Shown: piece by piece, positions 1-9,451 of the stretch
How the letters are laid out: each line of letters begins with the position of its first letter
How positions within the stretch are numbered: position 1 is the first letter of the stretch
From: an uncultured archaeon
Lineage (GTDB): Archaea; EX4484-52; LFW-46
Direction: 5' to 3'
Length of the DNA stretch: 64,000 bases
NCBI GenBank assembly: GCA_902384675.1
Contig: CABMCT010000031.1
Coordinates: 3,425-67,424, forward strand
Notes under the pieces: model-generated
Told to the model about the DNA's origin: nothing
The model's database searches: none
The model's input: only the letters and a program-made list of their open reading frames with translations
Position numbers and translations under genes: made by a program

Positions 1-316
1 TCATGTTTGTAGTAAGAAGGCGGACTCCGCAATTTATGTCGTACCCGATTCCTCCGGGCGATATGACCCCTCCTTCTTTCGGGTCAAAGGCAGCAACTCC
101 GCCTATCGGGAATCCGTATCCCTCGTGCGCATCCGGCATTGCCAGCGCATGTTTCTGTATTCCCGGGAGGCACGCGACATTTGATGCCTGCTGCAGGGTT
201 TTGTCAAGCTTTATTTTTTCCATCAGCTTGTCGGAAGCAAAAACAATGTCAGGGACATTCATTTTGCCCTCTTTTTCAATCGACCATGAAAAATCGTTTA
301 TGCGGGTGAGTTTCAT
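1..316 (-). CDS. rtcB: RNA-splicing ligase RtcB, 5' part (runs off window)
   Basis: Manual translation [11 protein letters not shown]...[14 protein letters not shown]...[16 protein letters not shown]; hallmark RtcB motifs. Not in the ORF track. Confidence 0.95.
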   Translation of the reverse strand, partial: MKLTRINDFSWSIEKEGKMNVPDIVFASDKLMEKIKLDKTLQQASNVACLPGIQKHALAMPDAHEGYGFPIGGVAAFDPKEGGVISPGGIGYDINCGVRLLTTNM

Positions 317-418
317 AGAATCACAAGGAATATTTGGTGGAGAAGGTTTATAACGAAATGAATTATGGCGGGAAATGCTTCGACATCACTTTTTATACCC
401 TCGCGCTAAACTATATTC

Positions 419-479
419 GGCAAATGATGATACTGACCTACTCTGAAAAAGGATGAAGAGAGATGGGCGGACTGATGCC
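419..479 (+). ncRNA. Box C/D guide sRNA
   Basis: GGCA/TGCC terminal stem; C box ATGATGA 424-430; 12-nt guide; D' CTGA 443-446; C' ATGAAGA 453-459; 12-nt guide; D CTGA 472-475; TTTTATA box about 25 nt upstream. Confidence 0.85.
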
Positions 480-706
480 AAACTTCCACAAAAGTTTGAT
501 CATTGGTGTGACATTCGCTCGCGCGAAGTCACATATTCTCGCGATTTTGAAGCCCTCCGGGCTTCACGCTTTTTTGGTAAGCTTGCCAAAAAAGCTAAAA
601 TCACTCGACTTTGTGATTTGGCTCTCAGAACCCATAAGAAATCATTTCGCTGCCTGTCGATGGCTTTTCTGCATTTTTAAACTTTGGACGCCAATTAAGC
701 GCAAAT

Positions 707-1582
707 ATGGCTTCTGAAAAGCATGGGACGGATGGAAAAGCTCCAGATATTGCGGATTCAAGAATATCAAATAATCGAAATTTAGAGAGCTTGAATTCGC
801 AATCTATTCAATCGCGTAATATCACAAAGACTAAAAAATGTGCGATTGAATATAACCAAAATGAGGCGGCAAAAAAGAAGACACATACGCCGTCATGGAG
901 CGTTTCAGGCATGATTCTTGGAGTTGCGGGAGCCTTGTCAGGCTCGCCAAAAGCCACTTCTTTGAGGGCTGATAACAAGGCGCCTTTAGTCAGTACCGTC
1001 AAAAACAACCCGCGATATGATAAAAGCGTTATCGAGCTCATAAAATCGGACATGAAGCAGCATCGGCAGGCGATTATAGCGGCTTCTGCTGTTCTTTTTG
1101 TATTGTCCGCAGTTTTCTTCTATAATTATATGCGGGCAGGCATTGTTCTTCTTGCGCTTACCGGGATGGGCGCGGTTTCGCGTACCTGGCAGCGCTTCTT
1201 TCCGCTTTCATTCGGTATCGAGTTGGTAATGCTGGCAACAGTGATTTCCGGGGTAGTTTATGGAGCTCTGGCAGGCGCTATTGTGGGCATTGTTTCGATG
1301 GTCTTAAGCACGCTTCTGACGCAGGAAGACCCCGGGAAGATGTGGCCTGCATTTGCAACAATAACTCTTATAGGGATACTTTCCGGAACGCTTCCGATAG
1401 CGAATATAGCGCTCTGGGGCGTTATTTTCACTGTTGTGTACGATGCAATAATTTCGGCAATATACATCGCGACCGGGTTCAGCCCCATTAAAACCCTGAT
1501 TTTTGATGCCACTCATATCGCTTTTAACTATTTTATCTTTTATAACCTGGCGCCGGTGCTGATGTCGATTGTCGGGCGGTAA
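707..1582 (+). CDS. Multi-pass membrane protein, possibly ECF S-component-like; start uncertain
   Basis: About 6 hydrophobic segments in the C-terminal 175 aa with a GxxxGAxxG pattern; polar N-terminus. Confidence 0.6.
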   Translation: MASEKHGTDGKAPDIADSRISNNRNLESLNSQSIQSRNITKTKKCAIEYNQNEAAKKKTHTPSWSVSGMILGVAGALSGSPKATSLRADNKAPLVSTVKNNPRYDKSVIELIKSDMKQHRQAIIAASAVLFVLSAVFFYNYMRAGIVLLALTGMGAVSRTWQRFFPLSFGIELVMLATVISGVVYGALAGAIVGIVSMVLSTLLTQEDPGKMWPAFATITLIGILSGTLPIANIALWGVIFTVVYDAIISAIYIATGFSPIKTLIFDATHIAFNYFIFYNLAPVLMSIVGR

Positions 1583-1621
1583 ACTAAAACCTATTTAAAA
1601 CTTATCGTTTAAACATCACGC

Positions 1622-1954
1622 ATGGCAACAGTTCATTTGACTTCGGATAATTTTGAGGCAGAAGTCCTGAAAAGCAAGATTCCGGTAATAGTTGATTTCT
1701 GGGCAAACTGGTGCCCTCCATGCAAAATGATGGGGCCGGTTTTGGAAGAGCTTTCAGGGGATAAAAAGTACCAGAACAAGCTCAAATTCGGCAAGCTTGA
1801 TACGGAAGAAGCTCCTGAAATTGCAGGCAAATATGGAATCGTAAGCATTCCTTCATTTCTTCTTTTCAAAAACGGCGGGATAAAGGCGCAGATTGTCGGG
1901 GCGATGCCAAAAGACGCATTTGCAAAAAAGATAGACGAGGCTTTAAAGAAATAA
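1622..1954 (+). CDS. trxA: Thioredoxin
   Basis: VDFWANWCPPC motif, 110 aa. Confidence 0.95.
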   Translation: MATVHLTSDNFEAEVLKSKIPVIVDFWANWCPPCKMMGPVLEELSGDKKYQNKLKFGKLDTEEAPEIAGKYGIVSIPSFLLFKNGGIKAQIVGAMPKDAFAKKIDEALKK

Positions 1955-1997
1955 AGCTAGGTCTGCCTTATTTATTCTTCCCTATTTAGTTGATATT

Positions 1998-2792
1998 ATG
2001 CTTTCTTCAAATCATGGCACACGAGTGCCAGGCTTTCCAGACCCGCGAGAGTCTGGAAAAGATAATGCGCGCTATTCCCGCCAGATTGCATTCAATAAAA
2101 TCGGCCAAAAAGGGCAGGAAAAGCTCTCCCGCGCAAAAGTCGCAATTGTGGGCATGGGAGGACTTGGCTCTGTAATTGCAATGATTCTTGCAAGGGCAGG
2201 AATAGGATATTTGCGCCTGATTGACCGGGATGTTGTCGAGCCGGACAATCTGCAGAGGCAGGTCCTATTCGACGAATCCGATATATGGGCGCCCAAAGCT
2301 CATGCATCCAAAAAAAGGCTATCTGCGATAAATTCAGGCATTAAAATCGATGCCATCTGCGGGGATTTGAACGGGAAGAACACAAAAAAACTGCTCTCAG
2401 GCGTTGACCTTATTCTTGACGGGACAGATAACATGGAAACCCGAGTGATAATAAATGAATTTGCCGTCAAAAACAAAATTCCGTTCATTTACGGCGCAGC
2501 AGTCCGCGATAAGGGAATGGCAACATTAATAATTCCGGGGAAAACACCGTGCCTCAAATGCATCTTCAGGCGGGTTTCAGGCTTAGGAATGGATTGCGGC
2601 AGCTTCGGGGTTCTTCCAACAGCTGCAGGACTCATCGGAACAGTAGAGGCCAACGAAGCAATAAAACTCATCTGCGGTTTTGGAAAAACGCTTCAAGGAT
2701 TGCTCTTTTATCTGGATTTGTCGGAAAACAGGTTTGATGTTTTGGCTATTAAAAAGGATAGAAAATGCGGGATTTGCGGGATATGTAGATAA
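1998..2792 (+). CDS. ThiF/MoeB (UbaA-like) adenylyltransferase; N-terminus carries a repeat copy
   Basis: RYSRQ, GxGGLG, NLQRQ and two CxxC motifs. Confidence 0.9.
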   Translation: MLSSNHGTRVPGFPDPRESGKDNARYSRQIAFNKIGQKGQEKLSRAKVAIVGMGGLGSVIAMILARAGIGYLRLIDRDVVEPDNLQRQVLFDESDIWAPKAHASKKRLSAINSGIKIDAICGDLNGKNTKKLLSGVDLILDGTDNMETRVIINEFAVKNKIPFIYGAAVRDKGMATLIIPGKTPCLKCIFRRVSGLGMDCGSFGVLPTAAGLIGTVEANEAIKLICGFGKTLQGLLFYLDLSENRFDVLAIKKDRKCGICGICR

Positions 2793-2849
2793 AATTGCTT
2801 GAAATGCTTTAATCTCTCTTTCTTGTAAATATATATCTTTCTTTTCACA

Positions 2850-3299
2850 ATGTCGTACATGCCCATAGATATTGAAGAGAAAGGAGATAACAAAATTGTG
2901 AGAATTATTCTTATTTCGCTAGGCATCGTGGCGTTTATCTCCGTAGTTTCCAGTTCTTATCAGATAATGAAGGAAAACAATTCCGATTTGCTGAATAATT
3001 GCATCGAAAAGTATGCTCCAATGCTTCTGAACGGCAGCAGTGTTGCATCAAAAGAAGAAGGAGCGCAGCTTCTTTCGGATTCTGTGGGAGGAAGCTTTAC
3101 ATTCTCATCCAATACAGTGGAAGCCTGCGATCCATCCTATACGGGCTATGTTTATCTGTCACAGGATAAGAAGAAGTATATCGTCTGCGGTGACGGGAAA
3201 ATATACTCGTCCGAGAGTTCCTGTACCAATGACGGAAAAGTCAAGAGCTTTGTATCTACCCTTATGGGAGCCAGGAGTAGTGAGATAAAAGTCAAATGA
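2850..3299 (+). CDS. Membrane-anchored hypothetical protein
   Basis: Single N-terminal TM segment, Cys-containing extracellular part. Confidence 0.65.
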   Translation: MSYMPIDIEEKGDNKIVRIILISLGIVAFISVVSSSYQIMKENNSDLLNNCIEKYAPMLLNGSSVASKEEGAQLLSDSVGGSFTFSSNTVEACDPSYTGYVYLSQDKKKYIVCGDGKIYSSESSCTNDGKVKSFVSTLMGARSSEIKVK

Positions 3300-3377
3300 T
3301 CTATTAAACCCGGTTAGAAACTAAAGTTGTGCTATTGGATATATATTTTTCTTTTTCCAATTCTCTTTTGCAGTCGT

Positions 3378-4028
3378 ATGAGAGCAAAAATGACAGACAA
3401 GGCGGTTGCCCTTATTTCAGGGGGCATAGACAGTGTTGTTGCAGCGTATTTGATACAGAGGCAGGGCGTCCAGATTATACCTATCTATTGCGATAATTCT
3501 CCTTTTTCCGGGGAAACCACAAAAAAGCGCGCTTTAGATGTAATAAAACGGCTTGCGACGCATGCTTCAAAGCCTCTTAGGACATATATCGTTCCGAACG
3601 GCGAAACCCAGATTGCTATCTTAAAGAATACCCCGCGAAAGATGACCTGCATTTTTTGCAGGCGGACAATGCTTAGGATAGCGGAGAAGATAGCGAAAAA
3701 GGAGAAGGCAGGCGCGGTAATAACCGGGGAGGCAATGGGGCAGAAAGCGAGCCAGACCCTTGCCAATATGCTCGTTACAACAGAAACTATAAGCTTGCCG
3801 GTATTGCGCCCTCTTCTTGGGCTTGATAAAATAGAAATCGAGAAAATAGGAAAAGAAATAGGCACATTTGAATTATCAATCCAGCCTGCGGTCTGCTGCA
3901 CAATTACTCCTGAAAAACCATCCACTGCTGCGGATTTAAGGGATATTCTTGAGATTGAGAAAGATTGGGATTATAAGAAAGTGGTTGATAAGGCTGTGAA
4001 GGAAAGCACGGTTGTGGAGACAAGCTAA
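3378..4028 (+). CDS. thiI: ThiI-type tRNA sulfurtransferase, PP-loop domain only (no THUMP)
   Basis: SGGIDS PP-loop, CIFCRR, TGEAMGQKASQTL, RPLLGLDK, CC. Confidence 0.85.
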   Translation: MRAKMTDKAVALISGGIDSVVAAYLIQRQGVQIIPIYCDNSPFSGETTKKRALDVIKRLATHASKPLRTYIVPNGETQIAILKNTPRKMTCIFCRRTMLRIAEKIAKKEKAGAVITGEAMGQKASQTLANMLVTTETISLPVLRPLLGLDKIEIEKIGKEIGTFELSIQPAVCCTITPEKPSTAADLRDILEIEKDWDYKKVVDKAVKESTVVETS

Positions 4029-4035
4029 ATACGTA

Positions 4036-4368
4036 TCATTCGCCCATTGCTTCTTCTATGGGTACTTCCCGCGCTTCTGTGAAGTTCCATATCCCGAGAA
4101 ATTTCTTCTGCGCGAGTTTTTTGAACTGTCCGTTATCGATTTGCTTAAGGTTGTTAAGTATTTCATCAAAATGGTTTGCCTCGAAGGTTTCGGAATTGCT
4201 TGCCGAATCAACGAATTTATGGACATCCTGCCCTGCTTCTGTCTCTATTACAAGCTCTGCAGATATCCTTTTGTCTTTTTGCATTTTTGAGACTACTTTA
4301 ATCTGCTTCCCATCCTCTGTCGAGAAAATTACGAACCTGTGGAACTTTTCCCCTGCATTGATATCCAT
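4036..4368 (-). CDS. Hypothetical protein
   Basis: 110-aa ORF with GGAG RBS. Confidence 0.6.
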   Translation of the reverse strand: MDINAGEKFHRFVIFSTEDGKQIKVVSKMQKDKRISAELVIETEAGQDVHKFVDSASNSETFEANHFDEILNNLKQIDNGQFKKLAQKKFLGIWNFTEAREVPIEEAMGE

Positions 4369-4376
4369 AAAATCTC

Positions 4377-4574
4377 CTATTGTTTACCTGCTCCTGCCAG
4401 CTTGGCTCCGGCTTTTCTCATATCATCTATTGCTTTCTTCTTTATATATTCCCGCCATTCTTCCTCGCTTACATTCTCGGGTTTCCCTTTTACTGTTTCT
4501 GCCTTCTTCTGGTTAAGGCTCTTTTTTCTTCGCTCGTAGTCGTCATCCATGATTTTGTCGATGAGAATGGCCAT
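4377..4574 (-). CDS. Small charged hypothetical protein
   Basis: 65-aa ORF co-oriented with the previous gene. Confidence 0.5.
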   Translation of the reverse strand: MAILIDKIMDDDYERRKKSLNQKKAETVKGKPENVSEEEWREYIKKKAIDDMRKAGAKLAGAGKQ

Positions 4575-4755
4575 GGATGTATATTGTGCCGAAAAATATA
4601 TTAAGCTTATAAGAATTCAAAAAAATCATGGCACTCGTATGTCAAGCTTTTCATTCCGAAGAAGTTGATGAATGAATAAAAATTAGCGGCTCTATAGAGA
4701 CAGTGAAGAAGATTTTATCTCTATAGAGCCTAAAAACTCTTTAATATTTTTTAGT

Positions 4756-5223
4756 TTAGCAGGTTACTCCTGGTCCTGCCGTCGTCGGGTCGCATGTGAA
4801 TGAGATGTCATAGCCGCCGGGGGTTGCAAGCCTTATTATCTTGGTTTGAGCCACGCTCGGGAAGCTTACATTTGTATTTATTGTCAAAACCTGGTTTGGC
4901 GCAAGCGACTGGCCGCTAAAACCCGTGATTGTTGCAGCCTGGCCGTTCAAATAGTATGCTGTTCCTGCAGCTCCAAGGTCCACTGCCGTTGTTCCCGTGT
5001 TTCTAAGGGCGATCGAGATGTTTGAAAGCGAGTTATTCCACATGGAATCCGCTTTAAGGGATGTCTGGGCCTGCTGCTGTATTTGGTTGACTCCCTGGGT
5101 TCCTGTATCCTGGGCACCCTTTTGCAGACCGCCTACCCACATGTAGGCTAATCCCGCTGCTGCAACAGTCATCATGAGCAGCAAAACAATCGCCACAACC
5201 GCCGTTATTCCTTTTTTTCCCAT
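4756..5223 (-). CDS. Type IV pilin/archaellin-like protein
   Basis: Class III signal peptide KKG/ITAVVAIVLLLMMTVAAAG. Confidence 0.9.
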   Translation of the reverse strand: MGKKGITAVVAIVLLLMMTVAAAGLAYMWVGGLQKGAQDTGTQGVNQIQQQAQTSLKADSMWNNSLSNISIALRNTGTTAVDLGAAGTAYYLNGQAATITGFSGQSLAPNQVLTINTNVSFPSVAQTKIIRLATPGGYDISFTCDPTTAGPGVTC

Positions 5224-5324
5224 TTTTAATCAACTCCATTTTCATTGGATTAAAAAGCTTTCTGCGTTAGCAGAATGATGTATTTCACCTAATTTATTGA
5301 GATTTAACGCATGATTGAAAAATA

Positions 5325-5882
5325 TTAGCACCATGTTTGCGAGGATGAAGGTATATCGCATTTGTATGGGACCTCGGTTCCCAAATCTGTTACTATTTTT
5401 ATTGTTTTAGGATTGCCTACCGTAACAAAATTCTCCTGTGTGTTTACGGTGGTCACACCCCCTGGCGAAAGACCGCCATCCGGATTATAAGTGGGGATAG
5501 TTGTTACCGGGACCCCATTAGCATACAATGAAAATTTTGATACATCTGCAAATGCATATGAACCAGTATTTCTAAGTATAAATGAAATTTTTCCAGCGTC
5601 ATTCCACATCGAATCTATGTTTAGTTTTGCGCCGGTTCTCGCCTGATTTTTATTGAGGTCGTCTTGTGCATTGATCTGGATGCTATTTTGCGTATTCATA
5701 ATCCATTTGTAAGCTAATCCCGCTGCTGCAACCGTCATCATGAGCAGCAGGACAGTTGCAACGATAGCAGTTACACCTTTTTTCGGGACACGCCCGAAAA
5801 TCCGTTCGCTCCACTCTCGGCTTTCCAAGCTTAGCTTGGAAAAGCTTGAAAATCTATGATGATTTTCATGATTTCTTTCCAT
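5325..5882 (-). CDS. Type IV pilin/archaellin-like protein with a repeat-extended signal peptide
   Basis: KKG/VTAIVATVLLLMMTVAAAG; paralog of the neighbouring pilin. Confidence 0.9.
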   Translation of the reverse strand: MERNHENHHRFSSFSKLSLESREWSERIFGRVPKKGVTAIVATVLLLMMTVAAAGLAYKWIMNTQNSIQINAQDDLNKNQARTGAKLNIDSMWNDAGKISFILRNTGSYAFADVSKFSLYANGVPVTTIPTYNPDGGLSPGGVTTVNTQENFVTVGNPKTIKIVTDLGTEVPYKCDIPSSSQTWC

Positions 5883-5914
5883 TCTTTAACCCCGAACTAT
5901 TGATATGCTTTAGT

Positions 5915-6217
5915 TTATTTATTCTTTATTCCTTTTTGTTCTATCCTTACTAAAAAAATTGATATCAATAGCAGTGCTCCAAGAGTTAACATTTGGAAAA
6001 ATACGCTTACGATAGACAACGTTAGCCCGTTAAACTGTACCGCTGCGCCGACGATAAGTGTTGCAGAAATAATGACCACCGCAAGAGCCACAGCAAGCAT
6101 TGCTTGCATACTATCCGATGTTTGAAGCTTTGACTTATTGGTTATGCGAATCACAAAATCTCCTTTCCATATTATAGAACTAGCGAATATATATACTTTA
6201 AGGCTGGTTATCCGCAT
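5915..6217 (-). CDS. Small two-TM membrane protein; start uncertain
   Basis: Two hydrophobic helices. Confidence 0.55.
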   Translation of the reverse strand: MRITSLKVYIFASSIIWKGDFVIRITNKSKLQTSDSMQAMLAVALAVVIISATLIVGAAVQFNGLTLSIVSVFFQMLTLGALLLISIFLVRIEQKGIKNK

Positions 6218-6285
6218 GCGATATTCGATTAGCCGAACATTCGGCTAATCGAAAAGCCTAGAGCGACAGCGAAAGGATACCCCGA

Positions 6286-8043
6286 TTATTCGTAATAAAC
6301 GCCTTTTTCTTTCTGCTTTGTATCTTTCTGAGAATCCGGCTTATTTGCCCTAGGCCTTCCGGATTCTGTTTCTCTCCTGAATGTTATATTCAAGTCTTTC
6401 AGAAATTCATTCATGCCTTCTTTGAGAGCTTTTGGCGCATTTGCGTGCCCTTCTATGGCGGCTTTGCCGAAAAAGATAATCGAGCGGTCGGAAACGTAAT
6501 GGAGAAGAAGCATGTCGTGGTCGATAATCATGCATGTTTTCTGGTTTGCCTCGACAAACTTGCGCATCATTTTTGCGAATTTCACTCTCTGCTCGACATC
6601 AAGGTACGCAGACGGCTCATCAAGCAGGTAAAATTCTACATCCTGCCCGAGGCATATTGCAATTGCAACTCTTTGCAGTTCTCCTCCCGAGAGGCTTGCA
6701 ACCCGGTTATCAAGCAATCCTTCAAGCTCAAGCGGGCGCAAAATTTCCATCTTGAATTCCTGCGAAAGGAATTTCTTGACGCTTCCTGAAAGCAGCTCGC
6801 CGACAGTCCCTGAAAAATCGCTTTTCAAATATTGCGGCTTGTATGCAATCCGCACGGTTTCGGCGAAATCAACATTGTCCGGCTTTACTTCCCCGGCAAG
6901 CATTTTTGCAAACGTTGTTTTTCCAAGAGCATTCGCCCCGAAAACACCGACTATTTCCCCAGCCATAAGCGAGCCGGCATCCACTTTTAGCGAGAACCCC
7001 GAGTCCATGAACTTTTTCCGAAATTCAGGATAGCTTACAACGCTGTACTTTCCCTTAAAAATCTGGCCTGCTGTCCTGAAGTCAAGTGCCTCCTGCCTGA
7101 ATCTTATATTCTCCTCGCGTATGAATCCGTCAAGATATGTGTTTATGCCGCGCAGGGAATGGTATGGCGCGGAAATAATCCCGTAAACCCCTGCATGGCC
7201 GTATACAAGATGCACGATGTCTGCAAGAATATCCAAGGTTGCAAGGTCGTGCTCTACCACAAGAACTGCTTTCTCTGCTGCAAGTTCTTTTATCGCTTTT
7301 GCAACAATGACACGATGCCTTACGTCCAGAAAAGACGACGGCTCGTCAAAGTAATAGAAGTCCGCATCCTTGCATATCGCTGCGGCAATTGCAACTCTTT
7401 GCAGTTCTCCTCCCGAGAGGTCTGCTATATTTCGCAAAAGTATGGATTCTATCTCAAGCTTTTTTGCAATATCTGCGAGAACTTTTCTTTCATCTTTTAG
7501 TAAGTCAGATACTTTTCCGTTTATACTTGCAGGAATTTTGTCGACCTGCTGCGGCTTGTAAACTGCCCTGATTTTTTTGTCGCGCAAATCCTTAAGATAA
7601 GTCATCAATATGCTTCCTTTGAATTTTGCAATTATTTCATCCCATTCGACACCCTTATCGAAATTTCCAAGATTTGGTTTTAGATTCCCACTTAGAATTT
7701 GTAATGCTGTAGTTTTTCCTATTCCGTTTGCGCCAAGAAGCCCGACCACTTTTCCTTTTTCAGGGATGGGCAGGCCATAAAGCCTGAACGAGTTCTTGCC
7801 GTACTGGTGGATGGGGTCGCTTAATTCCTGCTCTATGTTGATAATTGTGATTGCATTTTTAGGGCACTTTTTTGTGCAGATTCCGCATCCGACGCATAGC
7901 TCCTCCGCTATGTAAACCTTCCCGTTCTTCTCGAACACCGTCTCATCGCCGGTTCTTACTCTTGGGCAGAATCTGATGCATGGCTTGTCGCATTTATCCG
8001 GCCTGCACTTCTCCCGGTCGATGACTGCTATGCGTTTTGGCAT
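6286..8043 (-). CDS. abcE1: ABCE1/RLI ribosome-recycling ATPase
   Basis: N-terminal Fe-S Cys clusters and two ABC domains with LSGGELQR. Confidence 0.97.
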   Translation of the reverse strand: MPKRIAVIDREKCRPDKCDKPCIRFCPRVRTGDETVFEKNGKVYIAEELCVGCGICTKKCPKNAITIINIEQELSDPIHQYGKNSFRLYGLPIPEKGKVVGLLGANGIGKTTALQILSGNLKPNLGNFDKGVEWDEIIAKFKGSILMTYLKDLRDKKIRAVYKPQQVDKIPASINGKVSDLLKDERKVLADIAKKLEIESILLRNIADLSGGELQRVAIAAAICKDADFYYFDEPSSFLDVRHRVIVAKAIKELAAEKAVLVVEHDLATLDILADIVHLVYGHAGVYGIISAPYHSLRGINTYLDGFIREENIRFRQEALDFRTAGQIFKGKYSVVSYPEFRKKFMDSGFSLKVDAGSLMAGEIVGVFGANALGKTTFAKMLAGEVKPDNVDFAETVRIAYKPQYLKSDFSGTVGELLSGSVKKFLSQEFKMEILRPLELEGLLDNRVASLSGGELQRVAIAICLGQDVEFYLLDEPSAYLDVEQRVKFAKMMRKFVEANQKTCMIIDHDMLLLHYVSDRSIIFFGKAAIEGHANAPKALKEGMNEFLKDLNITFRRETESGRPRANKPDSQKDTKQKEKGVYYE

Positions 8044-8093
8044 ACAAACCAATAGGTGTTAAAGTATTTAAAATCCCGCTGCAATAAACTTCT

Positions 8094-8624
8094 ATGCCAA
8101 AAATTTCTGTTCAAAAGCCAACGCGATTGATACACCACAATCCGGTCTGTCTTGTGACTTCAAAATCCGATACTGTTGAGAACGTATTTACAGCTTCGTG
8201 GGTCATGCCTGTTTCAAACAACCCGCCGATGGTTGCGCTCAGCGTTGCAAAATCTCGTTTCTCGTATGGGCTGATAAAGAAAAGCGGCGCGTTTGTGCTT
8301 AATATCCCGAACAAATCAATGCTAAAAGAAGTCATTTACTGCGGCAGCGTCTCAGGCAGGGACAAGAACAAATTCGCGGAAATGAAGTTCCAAAAAGAAA
8401 TGTCGCCCCATGCAAATATCCTGCTTTCAAAATGCATAGCATATCTTGAGTGCAAAGTTACCAAAGAAATCGAGGTGAGCGATCGCACTATTTTTATCGC
8501 GGAGATTATTGCAAACGGTGTCCAGAAAGGATTGTTTGAAAACGACAAATGGATTCTTTCGGAAAAATCGGAAATACTTCTTTATTTGGGCGACGGGAAA
8601 TACTGCACAGTTAGACCGGTTTGA
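8094..8624 (+). CDS. Flavin reductase-like FMN-binding protein
   Basis: ASWVMPVSxxPP, CGSVSGRDxxKF, AYLECKV. Confidence 0.85.
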   Translation: MPKISVQKPTRLIHHNPVCLVTSKSDTVENVFTASWVMPVSNNPPMVALSVAKSRFSYGLIKKSGAFVLNIPNKSMLKEVIYCGSVSGRDKNKFAEMKFQKEMSPHANILLSKCIAYLECKVTKEIEVSDRTIFIAEIIANGVQKGLFENDKWILSEKSEILLYLGDGKYCTVRPV

Positions 8625-9324
8625 ACGCTTCTATAACGACAAGCTCTTCCCAATCAAACTTCTGCCGCGCAATTGCTTTTGCTGAGAAACCGATTTTTTT
8701 GAAGTGCAGCAGTGTTTTTTCATAGCGCGAAAGCGAGGATTCCAACAAGATTATTTTTCCGTGCGGATTCAGGAATTTTGGCGCGTCTTTTAAGAATCGC
8801 TCAATTATTTGCCTTCCGTCTTTTCCGCCATCAAGCGCGATGTTTTTGTAAATCGGTTCATCAGGCAGATACGGCGGATTGAAGACAATCAAATCAAATT
8901 TCCTCTCACTTGCGTTCGAGGCTTTTGAGGATTTTCCAGCTTGTCTGGAAATCATGCCTTGCGGCAAGCTTTTCAACCTTCGGTTGAAAAAGCCGAGAGT
9001 GTAACGAACGGACTCCCTATTCCTCAAAATTCCTTTTACATTCGCGAATAAATCGCTTTTGTGAAATTCTGCATTTTTTATTTTGTTCTGTTCGGCATTT
9101 TCTTTTGCGCACTTTACAGCTTCCGGGTTTATATCAACTGCAAGAACATGTTTCGCTTTCTTCGCTAAAACCAGCGCGATAATTCCGCTTCCTGTTCCGA
9201 TTTCCAAAACATTTTTCCCTTCTAAATTCAAATTCTGGAGCGCAGAAATCAGGAGAAATGTGTCTTCGGCGGGCTCGTAGACGTTTCCTGAAGTTTGGAT
9301 TTGAAAACCGTAAAGTCCGAGCAT
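8611..9324 (-). CDS. HemK2/PrmC-like methyltransferase with a 43-aa in-frame repeat insertion
   Basis: VYEPAEDTFLL, EIGTGSG, FNPPY, DGGKDG; insertion lies between VKG and KFDLIVFNPPY. Confidence 0.92.
   Translation of the reverse strand: MLGLYGFQIQTSGNVYEPAEDTFLLISALQNLNLEGKNVLEIGTGSGIIALVLAKKAKHVLAVDINPEAVKCAKENAEQNKIKNAEFHKSDLFANVKGILRNRESVRYTLGFFNRRLKSLPQGMISRQAGKSSKASNASERKFDLIVFNPPYLPDEPIYKNIALDGGKDGRQIIERFLKDAPKFLNPHGKIILLESSLSRYEKTLLHFKKIGFSAKAIARQKFDWEELVVIEAFKPV
8902..9030. repeat. Nested palindromic repeat copy (representative of the dispersed family)
   Basis: 8916-8999 is identical over 84 nt to 32820-32903. Confidence 0.9.
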
Positions 9325-9451
9325 ACAATCTCCTAGAATATCATGCCTTGCGGCAAGCTTTTCAATCCAGTAAATCCTTTCACTTCGTTCTAGGCTTTTT
9401 AGCCCAAAGTGAAAGGTGAATGGCTAAAAATGGATAATGATTGAAAATGAG

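Noticed and set aside
453-717. ORFs 453-680 and 463-717
   Set aside because: Their starts overlap the C/D sRNA boxes and they have no recognisable motifs.
8902-9030. Intragenic repeats as BHB-spliced mRNA introns
   Set aside because: No BHB motif seen at the borders; inserts occur in both orientations and keep frame, which fits retention in the protein. RT-PCR would settle it.
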